A stretch of DNA of 32,000 bases from Nostoc sp. PCC 7120 = FACHB-418 (GCF_000009705.1 NC_003240.1:1-32000), one strand, 5' to 3'; numbered from the stretch's first letter, positions 7,450-15,845 are shown. Program-made: numbers and translations. Notes: a model not told the origin generated them from the letters alone.

Positions 7450-7708
7450 CAGTCCCTCGCGCTTTTGTTGTGGAGAAGTGATTTCTAACCAGTTCTTTAA
7501 CCATTTGCTTCGAGTTCTAATATTTACTTACTTCCCCTACCTCCCTATCTCCCCACTACCATCATCGCATACGGGATATCCGCGTATATACGATATAGAT
7601 TATTTTAGATGGGCAATTTGATCGTGTCTGGGAAACAACTATCATAAAGATACCGGGAATTATAGTTCTCGGCATCATAATTATCAGTGGGGATTGGGGA
7701 TTTATCTT

Positions 7709-8791
7709 ATGGAAAATTTACCCGTCAAAAGCGTGGAATCACTTGCTGTGGAGGTGGTGACTCTACCGCTTGATGAAGCTCGTGTTGCGCTTGTGGATTA
7801 TTATTTTCCCAACCGCCAGAAAATTAATTCGACACAGCAGCTAATTGAGCTATGGGTGCATTCTGTCACTATCAAAAGCGACCAAACGCGACGGGCATAT
7901 CGGCAAATCGGTTATGAGCTTGTCGATTATATGCATTCGCGGTTTGGGATATCTGATTTGAGGATGGTAACGTTATTTCATCTACACGCTTATCTGACTT
8001 GGCTCAAGGATGAAAAGCCAGTACGGGGAAAGAAAAATACTTATGGAATTAGTAAAAATACTGCGGCTAAGTACACGGCGGCGATTAAAAGTTTGTGGGA
8101 ATGGGGTACTAGAGCTTCTATTGGTTATTTTGCTATCGACTTGGGCAAGGACTTAAGCATCCAGTGGGACGATAAGCTTGCAGAGCGGATTCTGTCGGAA
8201 CGCGAGATTGCTAAGTTGGAAAAAGCGGCGATGGCAGTAGACTTGCAACACAACACTAATAAGATGCATTGGCTGTTGTTTACTCTCGTCTTTTACAGTG
8301 GGGTGAGGGCGGGAGAAATTGCCCGGCAAACTTCTGATTATGGTAAGCGCGTAATTACGCCGGGGTTATTTTGGCGGCAGTTTCGGGAGGATGGGGACTG
8401 TCTATTGTTAACTGTGACGGGGAAACGAAATAAAACTAGAACCATTAGTCTCGATCCGGAAACTAGTGCGGTACTACTGGATTACCGTGGCGATGCCAGC
8501 AATGATCAGCCTGTGTTTCCTAGTCCCAGCCGGCGGGATAGGGGTAAACCTTTAAGCGATCGCGGGTTGCGACTGATGATGGAGGAAATTTCTGCTTGTG
8601 CGGGAATTAAGTTCAGCGCCCACTTTTTGCGCCACACCCACGCAACGCTGGCTAAGAAAAATGGAGCTTCTGATTTTGACTTGCAAGCAGATTTGGGCCA
8701 CGCTTCCCCGGCGACAACTGCAAAGTACATTCACCATGTTGGGCGTGTTGGGACTTCTCACGCACTGCGTAGAAAAAGCAAACATAGGTAA
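7709..8791 (+). CDS. Tyrosine site-specific recombinase (phage-integrase / Xer family)
   Basis: Catalytic signature: SGVRAGEIAR (Arg), HFLRHTHATLA (HxxR), DLGHASPATTAKYIH (His and the Tyr nucleophile). The N-terminal SAM-like region is HLHAYLTWL. The ATG at 7709 is preferred over the TTG at 7694. Confidence 0.9.
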   Translation: MENLPVKSVESLAVEVVTLPLDEARVALVDYYFPNRQKINSTQQLIELWVHSVTIKSDQTRRAYRQIGYELVDYMHSRFGISDLRMVTLFHLHAYLTWLKDEKPVRGKKNTYGISKNTAAKYTAAIKSLWEWGTRASIGYFAIDLGKDLSIQWDDKLAERILSEREIAKLEKAAMAVDLQHNTNKMHWLLFTLVFYSGVRAGEIARQTSDYGKRVITPGLFWRQFREDGDCLLLTVTGKRNKTRTISLDPETSAVLLDYRGDASNDQPVFPSPSRRDRGKPLSDRGLRLMMEEISACAGIKFSAHFLRHTHATLAKKNGASDFDLQADLGHASPATTAKYIHHVGRVGTSHALRRKSKHR

Positions 8792-8951
8792 TAAAAAACG
8801 TAGGTGTACCCCTACGGGGAAGCCGCTCCAGAAGGCATCGCCTCCGCCGGGCGGTTATATTAGGGCATCGCACTCATAGGCTCATCATGATAGTGTCAAG
8901 GTAGTTATCAAGATGGAAACACGCTCAGTTGTTCCTGTCTGCGGATAAGTT

Positions 8952-8981
8952 TACCTAGATAATACCTAGACATTACCTAGA
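8952..8981 (+). promoter_or_regulatory. Three direct TACCTAGA repeats with exact 11-bp phasing (candidate operator or iteron-like site)
   Basis: TACCTAGA occurs at 8952-8959, 8963-8970 and 8974-8981. The last copy ends 1 nt before the ATG (8983) of the RHH-like gene. Confidence 0.5.
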
Positions 8982-8982
8982 T

Positions 8983-9507
8983 ATGAGCAATACAGGGAGA
9001 ACAAAGAAGCTAGCATCTTTCAACTGTGACCAAAAGATGTGGGAGCAGTTTATCGCCCGTTGCAACTCGAAAGGCACAACGGCAACGGCAACACTCACCC
9101 GTTTTATTGAGCTATACCTAGATGGTTCTTTAGATGATCTTGATGCAACTGCTGGTAATCAAGATAAACGTTTGGACTCTTTAGAACAAAAAACTGAAGA
9201 GATAACAGCCCAAATGAAACAATTTGCTGAGGCGATTATTAAAATTCAAAATTATCTCAACAACCAACCGAAACGGCAGAAGAAATCGTACAACAACAAT
9301 TCATATTATCAAGGGCAAACTCCTCGAATCCAACCACTAACCGAAGAAGGTTTAGCTTCAAGACTTGGTGTAAGTGTAGAAACTATACGCGAGCAGCGAA
9401 TTAATCTGCCACCACCGCTTTTTGTGGGATGGTGCAAAGGCAAGGATAGAGCAGGGTTAGGGTGGGAATTTAATCAGGATACGGGGTTATATCATCCGGC
9501 AAGTTAG
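8983..9507 (+). CDS. Putative DNA-binding protein with an RHH-like N-terminus and an HTH-like C-terminal segment
   Basis: KKLASFNCDQKMWEQFIARCNSKGTTATATLTRFIELYL fits a strand-helix-helix (CopG/Arc-like) pattern. A coiled middle follows, and LTEEGLASRLGVSVETIREQR looks like an HTH. Confidence 0.5.
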   Translation: MSNTGRTKKLASFNCDQKMWEQFIARCNSKGTTATATLTRFIELYLDGSLDDLDATAGNQDKRLDSLEQKTEEITAQMKQFAEAIIKIQNYLNNQPKRQKKSYNNNSYYQGQTPRIQPLTEEGLASRLGVSVETIREQRINLPPPLFVGWCKGKDRAGLGWEFNQDTGLYHPAS

Positions 9508-9769
9508 AAATTTTTATTAATTTTAAGAATTTCTGAATTTACACTGATTCGCTCTGTTAATGCGATCGCGGGTAAGAAAAAGAATAGGGCTTTAGTTCCT
9601 CCTGGAGATAATGCCGATCCGCGCTAACACTACGGTGCTGGCTGGTGTACACAAACAAAACTTCCTTCCAGGTAAGGGATTAGAACCAACAGAGCGTTCT
9701 GATTATTGTGTAACTGAAAGCTAAAATTTTAATAATGTAGGGGTATATCTGACGAAGCAATGCAGGGAA

Positions 9770-10288
9770 ATGACCGAACTATATAAGGCTGGAATCATTG
9801 AGGTAACAGAAGCAGAAGCCGAAGATGAGGATGAAGATTTATTTGAAGTCGCGGTACATTTTGACGGCGATATTTTTCTTCCCAGCGTTGTTTTTGAAGG
9901 CAAAGACCACGCATTGAGGCAAGCTAAAAAACTTTATGATTGGCTAGAAGCTAATCCAAAAGAAATTAAGGGTGAGCGACTACGTTGGCAATCATACACA
10001 GTTAATCGCGAATCTTTAAGAGAATACCCAGCTTGCTATTTACCTTACTACTACTCAAGATATGAGCAAAGTTTAGAAGTTTCAATTTTTGAGCGAGACC
10101 AAGAAGCCATTGCTTATGGTTGGTTGAGTGCTGAACCTTTACCTTACTATGTAGATAAAGAAAATAGTTTGGTAGTTATTGGAGAAATTTCAGATGATGC
10201 TGTGCTAGCTGGTTGGCATAAAGCTATTGATATACGCATTCACATTTATTCTTTTATCTATCAGTCAAATAGCAGCCACAAGCTTTAA
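9770..10288 (+). CDS. Hypothetical protein with an acidic N-terminus
   Basis: It is a 172-aa ORF with an EVTEAEAEDEDEDLFE acidic tract. I recognise no family. It is the first of three closely spaced same-strand ORFs. Confidence 0.45.
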   Translation: MTELYKAGIIEVTEAEAEDEDEDLFEVAVHFDGDIFLPSVVFEGKDHALRQAKKLYDWLEANPKEIKGERLRWQSYTVNRESLREYPACYLPYYYSRYEQSLEVSIFERDQEAIAYGWLSAEPLPYYVDKENSLVVIGEISDDAVLAGWHKAIDIRIHIYSFIYQSNSSHKL

Positions 10289-10315
10289 TAATCAGTTGAG
10301 CATTAGGAGCTTTAT

Positions 10316-10879
10316 GTGCAACTAAAAATCGAATTAAAAAGGGGTGTTGATAATACACCTGTTGAAGCCTATCTGGTAGATTTAGGACAAAAACATGTTG
10401 ATGATTATGTCAATGATTGGGTCGAAAAGTTAAGGTTATTTACTCAAGAAGATAAATACTGGGACTGGATATTTAAATTAAGATATATTGCTAATCAAGC
10501 AAATCTTGAAGGTTATGCAGTTGAGTGCGAAAACACAACTCAAGGATTAATGATCATAGAAACACAAATGCACGGTTCCCGGTTGAATATTGGTAAGAGA
10601 CTAGTTTATGTTGATGGTATTGCAACTGCCCCCACTAACCGAATTGAAATTCAGCGTCCGCCTCAATTCAAAGGTGTTGGTCAAGCACTTTTAAATTTCG
10701 CCAGAATTAGAAGTGTTGAGCTAGGGTATGAAGGTAGAGTTGGGTTGCATTCTTTACCAAGGTCTGTAGGATTTTACGAAAAACAAAATATGTTTAACTG
10801 CGGGCCTGAAGAAGAATACGATAATTTGGTTTACTTTGAGTATGGTGTATTGAGACGAAGATCGGGTGAAAATTTATGA
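10316..10879 (+). CDS. GNAT-family N-acetyltransferase-like protein
   Basis: VYVDGIATAP...QFKGVGQALLNFARIRSVELGYEGRVGLHSLPRSVGFYEKQNMF resembles the GNAT acetyl-CoA binding core (Q/R-x-x-G-x-G/A, then a helix, then FYEK). It has a GTG start, and its stop overlaps the next ATG (ATGA at 10876). Confidence 0.55.
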   Translation: MQLKIELKRGVDNTPVEAYLVDLGQKHVDDYVNDWVEKLRLFTQEDKYWDWIFKLRYIANQANLEGYAVECENTTQGLMIIETQMHGSRLNIGKRLVYVDGIATAPTNRIEIQRPPQFKGVGQALLNFARIRSVELGYEGRVGLHSLPRSVGFYEKQNMFNCGPEEEYDNLVYFEYGVLRRRSGENL

Positions 10880-11415
10880 ATCATCAACAGCAAAATAATA
10901 ATTCTCAGGTGAATGAGCCAGTAACAACCCAAGAAGCTATAGATTTACTTTTTGGTGAAGGATGGCTCGATGAGGCTGTTCGTATCGAAGACGAAGCCAA
11001 TTGCACTATTGGTGCTGGTTTGGATTGGGGTAATGCACTACCACCTTTAATGCTCAACCTTCCTTTATTTGGTCGCCTATCAACGCTGCGTGTATCACTT
11101 AACCGTGAAATCAGGCTAATAATTGAAACATGGGATTTAGGTGTAGGTACAAAAGCGGCAACAGAGACTGCAAGAAGACGCATTAAAGAACGGTTGCTAT
11201 CTCCTGCGCCTGAGCTATTACCTTACTTAGAAGCCACCCTGCTGCAAGATGATTTATACGGTGAAGAGTTTATATCTAACCGCGAAGCTCTCAAATCACT
11301 ACTTGCAGTACTTCTTACTGATTCTGATAGAGCAGAAATTGCAGAGACAGCTGCTAATTCAGTACGCGCACAAGTTATGTCGCAGGTAAATTTTTCCGAA
11401 AAACTTTCTGCTTAA
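10876..11415 (+). CDS. Hypothetical protein, translationally coupled to the GNAT gene
   Basis: It is a 179-aa ORF with an ATGA overlap and is acidic and helical-looking. I recognise no family. Confidence 0.45.
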   Translation: MNHQQQNNNSQVNEPVTTQEAIDLLFGEGWLDEAVRIEDEANCTIGAGLDWGNALPPLMLNLPLFGRLSTLRVSLNREIRLIIETWDLGVGTKAATETARRRIKERLLSPAPELLPYLEATLLQDDLYGEEFISNREALKSLLAVLLTDSDRAEIAETAANSVRAQVMSQVNFSEKLSA

Positions 11416-11736
11416 ATACTTAATATAAAAACAACAATATTGCATCAAATTCATCAAAGGAGCAACTGCAAGAGTAGTAGATAATCTGCGTCAATCATTA
11501 GCTTGCTCCGCTAGAAATCCGCACCGATATCAAAGACTTATATTTTATTTTTTGGCGTAACCTGCGTTATTCAATTACAATAATCAGTGCATATATATCC
11601 TTTTTTAAAAGTTAAGAGTCCCTTAACTACGCAAATAAATTTATAAACAAAACTGAATATAAAAAAATAAGTATATTATAATCGACATTAACGATATAAT
11701 CAAAATTATTTTTGTGTAACCCAAAAGGACTGATTA

Positions 11737-12036
11737 ATGACTAGCAAAACCCGCAGTCGCTATTCTTCAAACTGGGATACTATCGCACTTGAGGTCAAAT
11801 CAAAATCAGACTGGAAATGCACGCGCTGTGCTATACAATGCTTACGCCCAACTGATAAAAGAGATGGGTTAAATCGTAGAGAACGCAGTATTAAAACTTT
11901 AGTGGTTCACCATTGGAATTATCTGCCCGAAGATAATCGAGTCGAGAATCTCGCGGCTTTATGCACGGCTTGTCATCTGCTGTTCCATACGCGACGACGG
12001 GGAAACATATCACCAGGACAACTATCTTTGTGGTAG
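11737..12036 (+). CDS. HNH endonuclease (small, stand-alone)
   Basis: CTRC...VVHHWNYLPEDNRVENLAALCTACHLLFH contains the H-N-H residues with flanking Cys pairs (zinc-binding HNH). Confidence 0.8.
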   Translation: MTSKTRSRYSSNWDTIALEVKSKSDWKCTRCAIQCLRPTDKRDGLNRRERSIKTLVVHHWNYLPEDNRVENLAALCTACHLLFHTRRRGNISPGQLSLW

Positions 12037-12170
12037 AAAAGCCAGTGGTTAAAGACAAATCAGTAGTAGATAGTTATGAGAAAGGTAAAAAATAAATATT
12101 ATCTTTCTAAGTCAATATCACAACATTTGCTAACGCAATAACTTCATTGAAAAATTGAAGTTGTATAGAC

Positions 12171-12338
12171 ATGAAAACTACTACTAATTCTAATCTAAAA
12201 GCTAACAAAAAATTAGTAACCTCTGCCCAGCAAATTCAACAAATAAGCACCTTAATAAGCGAGGCGGATTACTACGACTATGAAGCAGAATTAGCACAAG
12301 AAAAGTCAGATTACTATCACTTGCGGTACGGGTACTAG
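12171..12338 (+). CDS. Possible small ORF (55 aa), hypothetical
   Basis: The ATG at 12171 to TAG at 12336-12338 reads MKTTTNSNLKANKKLVTSAQQIQQISTLISEADYYDYEAELAQEKSDYYHLRYGY. It is below the track cutoff, has no clear SD, and is followed by a terminator-like hairpin. Confidence 0.2.
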   Translation: MKTTTNSNLKANKKLVTSAQQIQQISTLISEADYYDYEAELAQEKSDYYHLRYGY

Positions 12339-12380
12339 ATTCAATCTCCCTTCAAGCATCAACTCTTCCTAGTCAACAAG

Positions 12381-12417
12381 CAGTAGCAGGTAAATAGGTA
12401 ACTGCTACTGGCTTTTC
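12381..12417 (+). terminator. Rho-independent terminator-like hairpin
   Basis: CAGTAGCAG (12381-12389) pairs with CTGCTACTG (12402-12410) across a 12-nt loop. GCTTTTC follows. Confidence 0.5.
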
Positions 12418-12434
12418 ATATCAAAAAGTAAATC

Positions 12435-13037
12435 ATGACTCAAGCAATTGAACGCGAAATCAATCAACTCACGCTCAAAGAGTTAAGTTTAGATGCTGCT
12501 AAACTCTGGTCACAGATAGAAGAAGCAAGCGAGTTAGGCGAAGAAGGTAAAGTAGAACAACTCGTACAAGAACTCATGGGTGTTCAAGATGGTATCGAAA
12601 CTAAAATCGATGCGATCGCCTGGGTAGTTGACCAGTTAAATCTTGACCTTGAAACCTGGGAAGAAAGAAAAGTGCGAGTAGCCGAACTCCACGACCGGGT
12701 AATCTCACGTCGTAAAACTCAACTTGAACAAATCAAGCGTACCCTGATCCATCTGCACGAGATTGGATTAATCAGCGACAAAAATATTGGTAAAGAAAGG
12801 GTAATTGAAATCAGGGATAACCCACCCAAAGTCGCTAACTTACTAGTAGAGGTAGACGATCAAGAATTTCCTGATGAATTTAGAGTTATTAAGTACCAAG
12901 CTAATAATAAGGCAATTCTTGAAGCCTATAAATCTGGTAAAGATACTAGCGATGTTGCTGAAATAACTATTGGGAAACAGGTACGGTTTAAGGTGCAATC
13001 AGCTACTAAGGGGCGCAACAAGAAAAACCACAACTAA
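12435..13037 (+). CDS. Siphovirus Gp157-like protein
   Basis: It is 200 aa and helical. The N-terminal organisation (LKEL...EEA...KIDAIAWVVDQL...LE.W..R......L) matches my recollection of the Sipho_Gp157 family. The call rests on pattern memory only. Confidence 0.45.
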   Translation: MTQAIEREINQLTLKELSLDAAKLWSQIEEASELGEEGKVEQLVQELMGVQDGIETKIDAIAWVVDQLNLDLETWEERKVRVAELHDRVISRRKTQLEQIKRTLIHLHEIGLISDKNIGKERVIEIRDNPPKVANLLVEVDDQEFPDEFRVIKYQANNKAILEAYKSGKDTSDVAEITIGKQVRFKVQSATKGRNKKNHN

Positions 13038-13467
13038 TGGCATACGCCTCAACCATATAAATCAAACACAGGTATATCCCATCATTTTACAAATAAATTA
13101 TCAAATGGTTAAGAGTCAAATCTTAATCATTTTTATTTTTTCTAACAACTATACTTCTATTTTAAACTTATTAAAAAAATTATCAAAACTTTGCTTAGAT
13201 TTAAAATCAGTGAATATATAATCGGTAAAACAGTAAATATCAATTTTAGCAGCAGTAATTATGTGCCGGACTAGGTACAAACATCGTTACGATAGGTTGG
13301 TATATTTAACCTTCTGTGATGTGGTTCAGTAGGTAATTGCAATTGATTATGTATTTTCTAATTTCCAACTATCAAGATGATAGTTCAAACTAGCCTTAAG
13401 TTTAATCTTCAGGTATGTAATCACCATAAATAAAAATTAAATATTAGCTATCGGGAGACACCTTAAA

Positions 13468-13917
13468 ATGTCATATCATCAAAATCGAAGTATAGTTATC
13501 CGTAACGCTATTATCAACAGTTTGTTTATTATTTGGTGTTTAGTTTGGCGTACTGGTTTAGGGCTAACCTTTTTCATCATCTATGCTTCGCTGGGCTATA
13601 TGTATAACTGGCCATTCTACCTTCCCATTTCGATTATTTTGGGATTTGTCCCTTGGGGCTGGAAGGTACAAGAAGAAAGAAGGATTAGAGAAGAAGAACA
13701 AAAAATGAGGAATTTGAAAAATCAAAGTGGGGATAGTTTTATCTATGCCAGAGCCGAATCAAATGTCGAGATAAATTACAGGGGAGTTATCTTCCTTAAA
13801 TCAGTACTTGGTCTATTTGTTAGCGGATTTTGGGGAATAATACTAGGCTGGAAAGCTATTTTGGGAATGATACTCCAGTTATTTGATAATATTAGAACAG
13901 TTGTTAGATATATGTAG
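13468..13917 (+). CDS. Small integral membrane protein, hypothetical
   Basis: It is 149 aa with three to four hydrophobic segments (LFIIWCLVWRTGLGLTFFIIYASLGYM, LPISIILGFVPWGW, LGLFVSGFWGIILGWKAILGMIL) and a basic/acidic loop. Confidence 0.5.
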   Translation: MSYHQNRSIVIRNAIINSLFIIWCLVWRTGLGLTFFIIYASLGYMYNWPFYLPISIILGFVPWGWKVQEERRIREEEQKMRNLKNQSGDSFIYARAESNVEINYRGVIFLKSVLGLFVSGFWGIILGWKAILGMILQLFDNIRTVVRYM

Positions 13918-14099
13918 AGTGGCATCTTTATTTAAGTAAACCAAGCCCAAAATATTTCATTACTATTACACCATTAATTGATTATCGAGCTTTTGTTCAA
14001 AGTAAATTTCCACAAGCTAACGCTTTGATATAAACAGAAAGCTGGTATACCGCTTCATTAAATAGCCAGTTACTAATTATATCAACAGGAGTTAAAACA

Positions 14100-14468
14100 A
14101 TGGAATTAGCACAGTATATGCTAACAGGGCTTCTCTACATTCTTATTTACGGATTTTCTACTCTCTTCATTTTCCAATTCTTGCTAGAGATATCTATCGC
14201 TTTTGAAAAGCACTGCAACTGCACTACATCCATAAAATACACTGTAAGTAAAATTGAAAATTTAACTGATAAATCCAACCTTCTGGTATCTAACAAAAAT
14301 AAAGTATCTACAAACAAACATATCACTGTTCAACAGTTAAGGAAAAGATGCTCACAAGCTGGAATAAAATGGAGTTACGCTATCCAAGTATCTAAAACAG
14401 GCAAGAAACGACATCTCAATCGAGAAGAAATGTTAATAGCTCTAAGCCAGATTAAACAGTCAGCATAA
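14100..14468 (+). CDS. Membrane-anchored small protein, hypothetical
   Basis: It is 122 aa with an N-terminal hydrophobic helix (LTGLLYILIYGFSTLFIFQFLLEISIAF) and a basic C-terminal half. Confidence 0.4.
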   Translation: MELAQYMLTGLLYILIYGFSTLFIFQFLLEISIAFEKHCNCTTSIKYTVSKIENLTDKSNLLVSNKNKVSTNKHITVQQLRKRCSQAGIKWSYAIQVSKTGKKRHLNREEMLIALSQIKQSA

Positions 14469-14474
14469 TAAAAA

Positions 14475-14512
14475 TATAAACTGATAGTAATTATTTTTAT
14501 TATCAGTTTATA
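14475..14512. terminator. 12-bp perfect AT-rich hairpin
   Basis: TATAAACTGATA (14475-14486) pairs with TATCAGTTTATA (14501-14512) across a 14-nt loop rich in T. It begins 7 nt after the stop at 14468. Confidence 0.4.
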
Positions 14513-14516
14513 TACA

Positions 14517-14687
14517 ATGGACAAGTATTGTATTTGTTGGCGAAGAAAAAATTCTAGTAAAGACACATCACCCCTAATTTTCAATCATCCAAATTCTAGA
14601 CAAGAAGCAATGATGAAAGGTGATTATGGAGAGATGGAATTATGGGATAACCGAACTGCTGCTCAAGCAGAAGTAAAAAAAATTTAA
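14517..14687 (+). CDS. Possible small ORF (56 aa), hypothetical
   Basis: It reads MDKYCICWRRKNSSKDTSPLIFNHPNSRQEAMMKGDYGEMELWDNRTAAQAEVKKI. It is below the track cutoff and I recognise no family. Confidence 0.2.
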   Translation: MDKYCICWRRKNSSKDTSPLIFNHPNSRQEAMMKGDYGEMELWDNRTAAQAEVKKI

Positions 14688-14728
14688 TCATAGATATCCC
14701 AATCTTTTCTTTTGGGTAAAAGAACCAA

Positions 14729-14971
14729 ATGTCAAATAATCATCCCTACAAAATTATTCCTGATAGAGTTATCAAACTAGCAGAAAACCAGATTTTTGTA
14801 TTTGGCAGCAACACAGAAGGAAGACATGGTGCTGGAAGTGCTTTATTTGCGCGACAGTACTGCAATGCAGAATACGGTAATCCCCAAGGACGACAAGGAC
14901 AATCCTGGGCGATGGCTACGCCCTGTTTAGCGATAGCTTCGCTCTCTTCTCTTCGAGACGCTACGCGTTAG
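14729..14971 (+). pseudogene. Truncated remnant of a conserved phage/plasmid gene (A1S_2505-like, FVFGSN..G.HGAG motif)
   Basis: NQIFVFGSNTEGRHGAGSALFARQYCNAEYGNPQGRQGQSWAMAT matches the N-terminal part of a family I recall being roughly twice this length. From about 14905 the frame runs into low-complexity repeat DNA (GCTACGCC..., CTACGCGTTAGCGGAGC) and stops. Confidence 0.45.
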
Positions 14972-15076
14972 CGGAGCTTTCACTTTAGCGATACGCCGCA
15001 GGCATTTCATCTTATTCGGGTATCTCGGTGGCTACCCCATAACCCCATAACGTGAGCTAAAAGCCCATTTTTTCAT

Positions 15077-15757
15077 TCAAGTCACATGGCTAGCTGTATG
15101 TGATGCTTCGATCAAAGGTTTGGCAACCTTTAACACAGCTTGTACCAAACTAGAAGGGGCTTTTTCTGGGGAACCAACGCCAAAAGGAGGAGCTGGATTA
15201 TACTCCAACATCAACTCAATAAATTTGGCTGTATAGTCTCCACACAACATAGCCGCGATAGTTAAAGCAAAATCAATTCCTGCTGTTACGCCTCCACCTG
15301 TGATTCGGTTACTGTCTACTACTACTCTCTCGTTACTTACTTCTACACCCATTAATCTTAGCTGTTCTCGAAACGCCCAATGAGAAGCTGCACGGTATCC
15401 TTTGAGTAATCCCGCAGCTGCCAAGATTAAAGAACCAGTACACACAGCAGTCACATACTTAGCGGACTGTGCTTGCTTTTGCAAAAAAGCTAACATTTGG
15501 GCATCTTGCATCATTTCTACAGCCCCAAAAACACCGCCAGGAACACACAATACATCAAGTTGCGGACATTCATCAAAGGTAGTAGTCGGTAAAATCGTCA
15601 ATCCACCATTACTCACAATCGGTTGGAGCGTTTTCCACAATAGCAAAACTTGAGTATTGGGCATAGATGCAAACACTTGATGTGGCCCAGTAATGTCTAG
15701 TTGGGTCATATCAGGATAAATGACTAAACCAATTATATGTTGAGGCATCGTTTCCAT
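15077..15757 (-). CDS. DJ-1/PfpI (class I glutamine amidotransferase-like) family protein
   Basis: LDVLCVPGG...YVTAVCTGSLILAAAGLLKGYRAASHW shows the nucleophile-elbow Cys followed by His, typical of DJ-1/PfpI and isocyanide-hydratase-like proteins. Confidence 0.75.
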   Translation of the reverse strand: METMPQHIIGLVIYPDMTQLDITGPHQVFASMPNTQVLLLWKTLQPIVSNGGLTILPTTTFDECPQLDVLCVPGGVFGAVEMMQDAQMLAFLQKQAQSAKYVTAVCTGSLILAAAGLLKGYRAASHWAFREQLRLMGVEVSNERVVVDSNRITGGGVTAGIDFALTIAAMLCGDYTAKFIELMLEYNPAPPFGVGSPEKAPSSLVQAVLKVAKPLIEASHTASHVT

Positions 15758-15845
15758 ACTTCAATTCCAGTCCCGGTAATGATTACAGTTATCGTAGAAT
15801 TGAATATGTTGGCTGCCAATTACCCAGTTGAGTACATTTTGGCTC

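Noticed and set aside
7567-7598. Partly palindromic CATACGGGATATCCGCGTATATACGATATAG, considered as a recombinase core (dif/att-like) site
   Set aside because: It has only short arms of about 5 bp and does not show the 11-13 bp inverted arms with a 6-8 bp spacer expected of a tyrosine-recombinase site. I keep it only as a note.
8793-8816. Hairpin CGTAGG-TGTACC-CCTACG right after the recombinase stop, considered as its terminator
   Set aside because: The A-run precedes the stem and no T-run follows on the plus strand. It would be a terminator only for minus-strand transcription, and no minus-strand gene lies to its right. It is more likely part of a dispersed repeat.
8506-8879. ORFs 8506..8730 -, 8552..8785 -, 8598..8879 + and 8652..8873 - around the recombinase 3' end
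   Set aside because: They overlap the motif-rich C-terminus of the recombinase, or extend into repeat DNA. I found no independent support for them.
10316-11415. The GNAT gene as the toxin of a GNAT/RHH toxin-antitoxin pair
   Set aside because: Known pairs place a small RHH antitoxin immediately upstream. Here the upstream ORF is 172 aa and acidic, with no RHH pattern, and the coupled partner lies downstream.
12970-13221. ORF 12970..13221 (+), 83 aa
   Set aside because: It overlaps the end of the Gp157-like gene and continues into very AT-rich spacer. The peptide is low-complexity and Ile/Asn/Leu-rich, typical of random AT-rich ORFs.
14375-14584. ORF 14375..14584 (-), 69 aa
   Set aside because: It is antisense across the 3' end of the 14100..14468 gene and the 12-bp AT hairpin, and the peptide is AT-rich and low-complexity.
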